IMG/VR virus record: IMGVR_UViG_3300009169_000026
Coordinates: 1-58,058 of that record
From: a virus
Taxonomy: Duplodnaviria > Caudoviricetes
Reading direction: 5' to 3' (one strand)
DNA length: 58,058 nt
In this document: piece after piece, positions 1 through 6,538 of the stretch
Numbering within the stretch: position 1 is the stretch's first letter
Layout: every line of letters starts with the position of its first letter
Program-made: the position numbers and the translations under genes
The notes under the pieces: model-generated
Seen by the model: the letters and a program-made list of their open reading frames with translations, nothing else
Told to the model about the DNA's origin: nothing
Database searches by the model: none

Positions 1-52
1 CCATTCATTGAAACTCATGTGCCTGCTTCTTTCTGGTGAGCAAGTGGAGAAA

Positions 53-529
53 TCAGCGTGCGGGCCAGACCAGGAGCGGCTGGTCATTTGCGCTCCAAGT
101 CGAGGGAACGCAAGGAAACTGTCGGGACACTGGCAGAAACTCATACATCCAGGCCGTGACATGATCCACCAGACCATCCTCGGGGTGAGGATCGAACGGC
201 TCCACAAGAACCTCGCTACGCTTGTAAAGCGTTCCATTGCTCTCAAGACGGTCAAGAGCCTTGAGGGTTGCTGGCGTGACCTCATAAAGCTCGCCACCGA
301 TGGGGCCGAAGACATTGTCCGCACCGGTCTCAGTGAGCGGAGAGGAGCCACGACGAAGGTTGGTTCGATGTACAACACCCGGAAAAGCACGAAGGTCGAA
401 CATGCAGTAATTCTGATCCACTGTCTGTGCCCTGCCGAGAAACTCGGATGCCGTCAGGAGGTGGTGATTGGACCGGCCGATCATCAGGGTGCCGTAGACG
501 AAAACAAGCGTATTTCCATGCGCTGACAT
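53..529 (-). CDS. gamma-glutamylcyclotransferase (AIG2/GGCT-like)
   Basis: LVFVYGTL motif, GELYEV..L..LDRLE; start trimmed to MSAHG (ATG 529). Confidence 0.85.
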   Translation of the reverse strand: MSAHGNTLVFVYGTLMIGRSNHHLLTASEFLGRAQTVDQNYCMFDLRAFPGVVHRTNLRRGSSPLTETGADNVFGPIGGELYEVTPATLKALDRLESNGTLYKRSEVLVEPFDPHPEDGLVDHVTAWMYEFLPVSRQFPCVPSTWSANDQPLLVWPAR

Positions 530-557
530 TGTGGACCTTGTTCGTGAGGTGTCGAAA

Positions 558-797
558 TCAGTTGAGGGTATCGAAAACTGTGACGTAACCATTTCTGATT
601 AGACTGTCGGTGAAGTCAGTTCCGGTACGGGTTGAAACAAAGTCACCCATGGCTCGATAGGCTCGGTCTGCAAACTCTTCCATGTAGTCATCGAGAGACT
701 TGGCGGGAGAGAAGCTGCCAAGCCAGAGACGACTGGCAAATTCCTCGTGAGAGGAAGCTGCGATCGTCACCGTATCAAAGAATCGGTAGAGCTTCAT
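558..797 (-). CDS. hypothetical protein
   Basis: 79-aa ORF between amidoligase and GGCT, AAGGA SD-like upstream. Confidence 0.7.
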   Translation of the reverse strand: MKLYRFFDTVTIAASSHEEFASRLWLGSFSPAKSLDDYMEEFADRAYRAMGDFVSTRTGTDFTDSLIRNGYVTVFDTLN

Positions 798-829
798 TTC
801 TCTGTCCTTTTACTTCTTTCTGCCGTCAA

Positions 830-1942
830 TCAGACGGCAAGGTCAGAGGTACGCTCGGCGAAGTAGCTAACCAGCTTGGTGGAAAGGCCGGAGAAGGGAC
901 CGTCGCCGGGGCTCACCTGGAAAGCCGCACGGGGGCCGTACTGACGAACCGGCGGGGCCGCAGGGGTGGGCGTGGTAGAAAACTGACGCTCAAGCTCCAC
1001 GAAGCGGGTATCCGACATGGTCAGCACATAGACGCCATTAAGGCGGCTCTTCTTAATCCGCAGGAACCAACGATTGCGGATCTCGGTCATACAGGCCGGG
1101 ATGGAGGTGGCGGAGTATCCAGAGACGGCGGCGAGGGTGCGAGTCGAGCAGGGGCCCTGGCGCATGGCGGCAACGAGCTTGAAGAGACCACGAGCACGGT
1201 CGTTCACACGACCGACCGGAGAGCGGCCCGCCAGCGTGGCATTGGAGAGGCGCACCCGACGAGGGGCCCTGGCCGTTGCAGCCACGGACACCTCGACAAA
1301 GTTAAGAACGAACAGAACCCAGTTCTCGATCTTCTCAGCATTCACCGTACCGGAGTGCTGGCGAAACTCGATCGTGCCGTGGCGAAGGTAGGCGGCTACG
1401 TTGATCTTGTGATAGCGGGTCGAGATCCGGTTAGCCAGATCGGTCACGCTCTGGGCGGTCGTAAGGTAGTGGCCGAAAGAAGTCTTCCAGTTCGTCATGC
1501 TGTGGCAGAAAATGTTATTATTACCACGGCGAGAGAGAGGCATGAAGGCGTCGATCATGTGCTCGAAAGCCTCATAGCGAGCAACGACAGCCTCGACGTT
1601 TGCGAGGGTGAGATCACGAGCGCCGACGTGGACGTGGAGCCCGCAGGAACGATTGATCGTCGCACCGGCCGCTTCAAGGGCCGTAGCAGCGGCACGGAGA
1701 GCCTTGAGACCACTCTTGCCCTTAAGAATGGGCGAGATCACCTCGACGCCGGGAGAGCCATCGGGACCGGTCACAGACGCATCGCCCGTGATCTTCCAGG
1801 AAGAACGCACTTCATGGTTGTAATATTCCACGTTAGCAACCAGTCCAGCCTCAACAAGGGCCGCTCTGGCTGCATCCTGCGTGATACCGACGCACTCGAT
1901 CTCCACACCGAAGGTCCGCTGGCTCATCTGCTTCGTCCTCAT
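830..1942 (-). CDS. amidoligase (COOH-NH2 ligase, Amidoligase_2 family)
   Basis: TFGVEIE, EVISPIL, SCGLHVH, RYHKIN, TIEFRQHSGT motifs; close to GGCT gene. Confidence 0.88.
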   Translation of the reverse strand: MRTKQMSQRTFGVEIECVGITQDAARAALVEAGLVANVEYYNHEVRSSWKITGDASVTGPDGSPGVEVISPILKGKSGLKALRAAATALEAAGATINRSCGLHVHVGARDLTLANVEAVVARYEAFEHMIDAFMPLSRRGNNNIFCHSMTNWKTSFGHYLTTAQSVTDLANRISTRYHKINVAAYLRHGTIEFRQHSGTVNAEKIENWVLFVLNFVEVSVAATARAPRRVRLSNATLAGRSPVGRVNDRARGLFKLVAAMRQGPCSTRTLAAVSGYSATSIPACMTEIRNRWFLRIKKSRLNGVYVLTMSDTRFVELERQFSTTPTPAAPPVRQYGPRAAFQVSPGDGPFSGLSTKLVSYFAERTSDLAV

Positions 1943-1948
1943 GTATTA

Positions 1949-1977
1949 ACAATACCATGAAGGGAGGCGAATATAAA
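1949..1977 (-). promoter_or_regulatory. sigma70-like promoter, probably leaderless
   Basis: TTTATA-17-TATTGT with TGn extension, 6 nt before ATG 1942. Confidence 0.65.
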
Positions 1978-2030
1978 CCTATTTAATCCCCTTACAAAAT
2001 AAGGGTTTTAAGAGGCGACTTCTAAGGAAA

Positions 2031-2104
2031 CAGGCACACCAAGGACTTGAACCTAGATCAAACCGTTTTGGAGGCGGTTGCTTTGCCAATTAAGCTAGTG
2101 GCCT
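2031..2104 (-). tRNA. tRNA-Trp(CCA)
   Basis: anticodon arm ACCGC-CTCCAAA-ACGGT, T loop TTCAAGT; acceptor stem needs a 1-nt bulge. Confidence 0.75.
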
Positions 2105-2138
2105 TCATGTATGCTCAACAGAAGGGAGACGAAAAAAG

Positions 2139-2210
2139 AAGCGGGTACAGGAGTTGCACCTGTGATCTCTTGGTTATGAGCCAAGCGGGATACTGCTTCC
2201 CCAACCCGCA
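2139..2210 (-). tRNA. tRNA-Met(CAT), initiator-like 1:72 mismatch
   Basis: CTTGG-CTCATAA-CCAAG; T loop TGCAACT. Confidence 0.8.
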
Positions 2211-2334
2211 ACATTGTTTGCCTGGCGTCGCAAAAAAGCGCCAGGGCGACGTGTCCTGTGTAAGAGTCCCTACACGAGGAGATCCGCCAGCTTCAAGCGT
2301 CCTTAAAGCCTATTGTGTCAAACGCAAACAGAAA

Positions 2335-2409
2335 TGGTTTCCATGGCAGGCCTTTCACCTGCACCCTCCACCTTCTACGGTGGCGCTCTTGTATTTAAGC
2401 TACACGGAA
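2335..2409 (-). tRNA. non-canonical tRNA-like RNA with 6-nt anticodon loop and encoded CCA
   Basis: TTCCGTG/CATGGAA-A-CCA acceptor, CCACC-GTAGAA-GGTGG, GCAGG-TGAAAGG-CCTGC. Confidence 0.65.
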
Positions 2410-2484
2410 TCAGAGTGGCAGGATTTGAACCTGCGTTGGCTCCGCTCCAAACGGAGTGACCTAACCAGACTGGCCCACACTCTG
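2410..2484 (-). tRNA. tRNA-Pro(TGG)
   Basis: CTCCG-TTTGGAG-CGGAG, full cloverleaf. Confidence 0.9.
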
Positions 2485-2510
2485 TAGTATCTGACTAACA
2501 GAAAAGAAAC

Positions 2511-2582
2511 TAGGCTCGATGGGACTTGAACCCACACTTCATCGCTTAAGAGGCGAGGGTGCTACACTGACACTACGAGCCT
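2511..2582 (-). tRNA. tRNA-Lys(CTT)
   Basis: CTCGC-CTCTTAA-GCGAT, AGGCTCG/CGAGCCT acceptor. Confidence 0.85.
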
Positions 2583-2594
2583 AAATCGGAAAGC

Positions 2595-3104
2595 TTACAG
2601 CTTTCGGTAGATAAAAACATTCCTGGTTCCGGTTAGAGGCCATCTCTCTTCGGTAAACCCTTCGGAAAGACCATGGCGTCTCTCATCAAATTTGAATTCA
2701 CGCTTCTCCAGGAGAAGACCTTGCGTACCAAGGTAGGCAAGTTGCTTTTCTGTTGGAGCACTTGTTATGTCCACGAACACAGAGCCAGACGGCAGGTCAG
2801 CTACCAGACTGTACAGGTCATCATTGACCCATAGCAGGTATACATCGCAAACGGGCAGTTCCATGCCCCTAAGATCGCCACAGATTATGTGTGATCGCCT
2901 GCTGGCGGGTACCTTGCTTGACATTAGCTCAATGCCAACAACCTTGTCAGAAATCCCTAGACACCGAATCTCTTCTAGAAGGTCTCCTGCTCCGCACCCA
3001 ATATCGCAGACTGACTTACCAGTCAGGATATCAGAAAGCGCAGGAACAAGATCCAACGGCGAACGCTCAGGCCACTTCTGTGCAGGATTTTGTTGTGTAG
3101 GCAT
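2595..3104 (-). CDS. class I SAM-dependent methyltransferase
   Basis: VCDIGCGAGDLL motif I, VVGIE motif II, ICGDL. Confidence 0.8.
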   Translation of the reverse strand: MPTQQNPAQKWPERSPLDLVPALSDILTGKSVCDIGCGAGDLLEEIRCLGISDKVVGIELMSSKVPASRRSHIICGDLRGMELPVCDVYLLWVNDDLYSLVADLPSGSVFVDITSAPTEKQLAYLGTQGLLLEKREFKFDERRHGLSEGFTEERWPLTGTRNVFIYRKL

Positions 3105-3123
3105 TTATCATCCAAAAGGAAAA

Positions 3124-3197
3124 TCGGAGCAGCGGGATTTGAACTCGCAACATCTTGTACCCAAAACAAGTGGTCTACCAGATTGACCTATGCTCCG
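3124..3197 (-). tRNA. tRNA-Pro(TGG)
   Basis: CTTGT-TTTGGGT-ACAAG, CGGAGCA/TGCTCCG acceptor. Confidence 0.9.
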
Positions 3198-3212
3198 ATA
3201 AGTAGCAAATAT

Positions 3213-3776
3213 TCAGCGGATTCTCTTGCAGATTAGCTCTACCTGCTCGGCAACCGCAGGAACCAAGTTAGCACTCTTCAAAAAAGAAGTTAAACCCATT
3301 CCGTTGTCATATGTGTGAAGGTGCTGTAGGAAGGTTCCTGTAATTTCCGAGGAAAAGTGCTCGGCCAGACACGCATCTCGTACAATACGCTTCATGTCTT
3401 GAAAGTCAAGGATTTCACACGCATAGAAATGCAAGTTTGTGGTTGGACCCTCCCAGGATGCGACATAGTGAATCTTGCGTTCATCACCGTCAGGCCTAAG
3501 AGGCGAGAAGTTAATCTCCTCTTTTAGTTCTCGGAGAAGAGCTTCTTCGGGCGTCTCGCCCTGGTCGATGTGTCCACCCGGAAATCCAATTCTACCATCC
3601 CACCGATTGATCATTAGAACCGTGGGAATGACCGTATTGCATACGATTTTCGGGGTTTCCTTGTAGTGCTCGTACAGCTTGTGTCCACGATGGTAAATTG
3701 CAACGTGGACCGCAGAACGTTTGTTCGGGTTTGCCGAGAATTCTGATGGCAGTTGCTTGAGGTTGACAGTGGACAT
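3213..3776 (-). CDS. Nudix hydrolase, NUDT16/X29-like
   Basis: RWDGRIGFPGGHID..E.....LLRELKEE Nudix box; HFYA and C-terminal motifs resemble NUDT16. Confidence 0.85.
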   Translation of the reverse strand: MSTVNLKQLPSEFSANPNKRSAVHVAIYHRGHKLYEHYKETPKIVCNTVIPTVLMINRWDGRIGFPGGHIDQGETPEEALLRELKEEINFSPLRPDGDERKIHYVASWEGPTTNLHFYACEILDFQDMKRIVRDACLAEHFSSEITGTFLQHLHTYDNGMGLTSFLKSANLVPAVAEQVELICKRIR

Positions 3777-3833
3777 TGTCTTACTTGCTTTGAGAGAGAG
3801 TGAGTGAGAAGGAAATGAGGCGAATAATAACTA

Positions 3834-3916
3834 TGCCTAGGGTGGGAGTCGAACCCACACGCCCTTGCGGGCACCAGCTTCTGAGGCTGGAGTGTCTGCC
3901 ATTCCACCACCCAGGC
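3834..3916 (-). tRNA. tRNA-Leu(CAG)
   Basis: CCAGC-CTCAGAA-GCTGG, long variable arm. Confidence 0.92.
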
Positions 3917-3937
3917 AATTGGGAAGAGATAAGAAAA

Positions 3938-4010
3938 CTCCAGAGGTAGGCATCGAACCTACTCGCTCCTGATTAACAGTCAGGCGTCCCTCCAAAGGAA
4001 CCTCTCTGGA
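3938..4010 (-). tRNA. tRNA-Asn(GTT)
   Basis: CCTGA-CTGTTAA-TCAGG; A at position 8. Confidence 0.85.
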
Positions 4011-4021
4011 ACGAGAGAAAT

Positions 4022-4124
4022 CAACATCGGTGGGACTTAAACCCACAAAATCTCCCGTTCAGCCCTGGTTTGATAGTCCATAAGGCCTACAAGGGAGCAT
4101 GTCTGCCATTTCATCACAAACATC
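4022..4124 (-). tRNA. tRNA-like element with 36-nt anticodon loop (possible intron-bearing or pseudo tRNA, GTA)
   Basis: D arm ATGAAATGGCAGACAT, CTCCC/GGGAG stem enclosing 36 nt, T arm GTGGG-TTTAAGT-CCCAC; weak acceptor stem. Confidence 0.55.
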
Positions 4125-4133
4125 AAAAGAAAG

Positions 4134-4221
4134 TGCCGTGGGGGGAGAGTCGAACTCCCACGGGATTTTACTCCCGCTGGGTTCTTAGCCCAGTGCGTGC
4201 TACCAGTTTCGCCACCTCGGC
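4134..4221 (-). tRNA. tRNA-Leu(AAG)
   Basis: CTGGG-CTAAGAA-CCCAG, long variable arm, A73. Confidence 0.85.
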
Positions 4222-4232
4222 ATAAAGAGAAA

Positions 4233-4318
4233 TGGGGCTGGATGGACTTGAACCACCGACCGTCCCTGGGTAACTCGAGTCCCCAAGGATGCTCTGCAAA
4301 CAACTGAGCTACAGCCCT
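4233..4318 (-). tRNA. tRNA-like element with extended anticodon arm
   Basis: near-canonical D and T arms; 8-bp stem TCCTTGGG/CCCAGGGA with 11-nt loop GACTCGAGTTA. Confidence 0.65.
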
Positions 4319-4345
4319 TCAAAAGGGAAAGAAAAGAAGAAGAAA

Positions 4346-4417
4346 CTCCTGGGGCTGGGATCGAACCAGCGACCATCCGGTTAACAGCCGGACGCTCTTC
4401 CACTGAGCTACCCAGGA
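4346..4417 (-). tRNA. tRNA-Asn(GTT)
   Basis: TCCGG-CTGTTAA-CCGGA, canonical cloverleaf. Confidence 0.93.
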
Positions 4418-4422
4418 ACAAA

Positions 4423-4494
4423 GAAGCACTCCCTCGCCTCTCAGTAACCCTTTTTTGAGAAGCGTTGCTGAGAGAGACAGGAGGGAAACACTTC
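4423..4494 (-). ncRNA. putative long irregular hairpin RNA
   Basis: end-to-end imperfect inverted repeat within tRNA array. Confidence 0.4.
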
Positions 4495-4501
4495 CAAGGA
4501 T

Positions 4502-4687
4502 TTCATGTGCTATAGGATTCTACCTGAGCTGCGCCTCGTCCCATCCCCACATTACGCAGGGACAGGCCACTCAGGAAAAACAAGCTCTTCTAAGGAGCCC
4601 TGCCGTTTTTTTGTTCTGTTCTTAGGGAACCCTTCCAGGACCCAGCGAGACACGATTAGGCTATAGCCTCCTATAGATACACATGAA
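4502..4687 (-). ncRNA. putative multibranch ncRNA (~185 nt)
   Basis: closing helix TTCATGTG..CTATAGGA / TCCTATAG-CACATGAA with internal hairpins. Confidence 0.5.
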
Positions 4688-4692
4688 GTTTT

Positions 4693-4784
4693 TTGTGACT
4701 GCCCTGGGGCCCCCGCCCTTGGGGCGGCTGAGACCGGTCTCAAGTCCACTCCACCGTTTACGTCGGCGTAAGGTTCAATCACAA
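4693..4784 (-). ncRNA. putative multi-junction ncRNA (~92 nt)
   Basis: 9-bp closing stem TTGTGATTG/CAGTCACAA and three internal hairpins. Confidence 0.45.
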
Positions 4785-4858
4785 TGCTGCTGCCAGGAGT
4801 CGAACCTGGGCCATTTAGCTTATCAGGCCAAATAGGTAATACCGTACCGTCCAGCAGC
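4785..4858 (-). tRNA. tRNA-Ile(GAT), atypical D arm
   Basis: TTGGC-CTGATAA-GCTAA, GCTGCTG/CAGCAGC acceptor, CCAGG-TTCGACT-CCTGG. Confidence 0.8.
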
Positions 4859-4874
4859 GTAACACAGAAAATTC

Positions 4875-4946
4875 ACGTTGAAGGGGGATTTGAACCCGCC
4901 ACCTCCATCGCTCCAGGATGGCTCTGCTACTTTACACAATCCAACA
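4875..4946 (-). tRNA. degenerate tRNA, GGA anticodon, no long variable arm
   Basis: CCATC-CTGGAGC-GATGG, TTCAAAT T loop; poor D arm. Confidence 0.5.
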
Positions 4947-4960
4947 GAACAATTCTGCTA

Positions 4961-5031
4961 CGGACCCAAGGGGGAACGAACCCCCACCTTCTCCCGTGAC
5001 AGGGGAGTGCTCTACATTAAGCTACGGGTCC
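4961..5031 (-). tRNA. tRNA-Asp(GTC)
   Basis: CTCCC-CTGTCAC-GGGAG, G73. Confidence 0.88.
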
Positions 5032-5183
5032 AAGAAATGGACTTGGAAGGAATTTCTAAGCCAAAGAATCGGCCTAGAGAACACCACCAAATCCATAGTT
5101 TGGTTTATTCTATTCTGTTTTCAGAGTGAATGATAGAGAACTGTCCCCTCCCACTTGGGGGCAGGGTATGCAGTTCCTATCAA

Positions 5184-5257
5184 CATTCTCGTTGGGAGTC
5201 GAACCCAAAATATCAGCTTCGTAGGCTGATGTGATAATCCAGTTTCACCACGAGAAC
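5184..5257 (-). tRNA. tRNA-Arg(ACG)
   Basis: TCAGC-CTACGAA-GCTGA. Confidence 0.9.
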
Positions 5258-5338
5258 AAAGTTAGACGAAGAAAAAGATGAGGAAGTGAAAATTTCGGGT
5301 CAGAGCGACTCTTCCTGCAATCCCTAAAGGCTACAACC

Positions 5339-5367
5339 ATAGTAGCGTATTGGATAAGTAGTGTTAA
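5339..5367 (-). promoter_or_regulatory. sigma70-like promoter for tRNA array
   Basis: TTAACA-17-TACTAT. Confidence 0.55.
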
Positions 5368-5395
5368 CCTATTTATTTTCCCGACTGGCTTCTCT

Positions 5396-5421
5396 CTCTC
5401 TCTAATTGGTAATGTTCCACT
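5396..5421 (+). repeat. 26-bp dispersed repeat, copy 1
   Basis: CTCTCTCTAATTGGTAATGTTCCACT; exact reverse complement at 27766-27791. Confidence 0.85.
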
Positions 5422-5448
5422 AGAATAACAGAGAACTCCTAGAGAGCA

Positions 5449-6369
5449 TCAAAGCCCACTAAGACCAAGCTTTCGGAGGTCAGCCTTACCCATCTGCTTC
5501 AATTCGTAGCAATACACATCTGCTCCGTAATACCTAGTCAGTTCTCTCACGTAGGGATCCTTCACACCCGGATAGGCGTAAAGATTCTGGCTGGTCAAAG
5601 CCTTTCTCTCATTGGAGAGAGCCCACTGGTACACGTCACTGATGCTTGGCCCCTGCCACACCAGAGCCTTCTTCACCGACTCGGGCCGGGTGTCATAGGG
5701 GTTGTCAATCTGAGGAGGTGCAACGTACTTCCCTTCCGGGATCTTCCTGAGCAGGGCCCAGAACCACGGACCCTCGGGATCCGGCCTGACAGCCCACTTC
5801 ATGGTCTCAACACGAACTTCATAGCTCTTTCGCAGTTCCCTTGCAGCCTTGGCGGGATTGACCCTGACTCGCTGCGGGGCAACACACAGAATTCCGGTGC
5901 GAGGATCGACGTAGAACTTGCGCCACCCACGCTCGCTGAGAATCTTTCGATTCTCATGACTTCGTCCCCTTCCATGAAGGTGGTGAGGGTAGCACATCGA
6001 ACCATCCTCCTCGGAAATGGTAGGATTCACGATGACGTACTGAAACAAGTGCTGATAGACGTGTGCCCCGATAACGGAGGTCTTGGGGCAGGTCCTGACA
6101 ATCTCCGAGTAAACGTCATTCCACTTACGTCCACGAGCGGAGAAGAGAAAGTTCGTGAGAACGGAAAGGTTCTCAGAAAACACCTTGGTCTTTCGAGACA
6201 TTCCGAAAGGGCTGCGCTTGATTCCACGCTTGGCTCCCGGAGCCCAATCCTCATAGTCAGACTGACGTTCATCACGCTGACGAGCCTTTACCAGGCCCTT
6301 GTTTTTCTTGCCGTATCCGTAATCGGATCGCTCGTGCTCACACAGGAGCTTTTTGAAATCGGGTCGCAT
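5449..6369 (-). CDS. hypothetical protein (basic, 306 aa)
   Basis: long ORF with own promoter; ENLSVL..FL....GR.W..VYSEI pattern recalls a conserved uncharacterised family. Confidence 0.8.
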   Translation of the reverse strand: MRPDFKKLLCEHERSDYGYGKKNKGLVKARQRDERQSDYEDWAPGAKRGIKRSPFGMSRKTKVFSENLSVLTNFLFSARGRKWNDVYSEIVRTCPKTSVIGAHVYQHLFQYVIVNPTISEEDGSMCYPHHLHGRGRSHENRKILSERGWRKFYVDPRTGILCVAPQRVRVNPAKAARELRKSYEVRVETMKWAVRPDPEGPWFWALLRKIPEGKYVAPPQIDNPYDTRPESVKKALVWQGPSISDVYQWALSNERKALTSQNLYAYPGVKDPYVRELTRYYGADVYCYELKQMGKADLRKLGLSGL

Positions 6370-6378
6370 GATAGTCTC

Positions 6379-6407
6379 ATTATAGCAGAACTGCCGAGAT
6401 GTTTAAA
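6379..6407 (-). promoter_or_regulatory. sigma70-like promoter
   Basis: TTTAAA-17-TATAAT with TGn extension, 9 nt before ATG. Confidence 0.75.
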
Positions 6408-6420
6408 CCAATATTTCTTC

Positions 6421-6538
6421 GAGCACACTCTGCATTCCGTAAAAGCCCCTGGAAGCGCTTTGAGCCCCAAGGGCTACCCTGGTAGCTACCAACCCCGAAA
6501 CTGGTCAGGTAGGGCTTTTACGGAATCAGGAGAGGCGC
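6421..6538 (-). ncRNA. putative structured RNA downstream of release factor
   Basis: perfect 15-bp inverted repeat 6434-6448/6512-6526 enclosing two small hairpins. Confidence 0.5.

Noticed and set aside
632-1960. 442-aa plus-strand ORF and other long antisense ORFs
   Set aside because: Shadows of motif-bearing minus-strand genes
4502-4687. RNase P RNA (CAGAAC..CGGC)
   Set aside because: 5' conserved motif absent and motif position wrong
2047-5133. ORFs overlapping the tRNA array (e.g. 2047-2487, 3614-3910, 4552-4782)
   Set aside because: Overlap tRNAs or structured RNA and show no protein motifs
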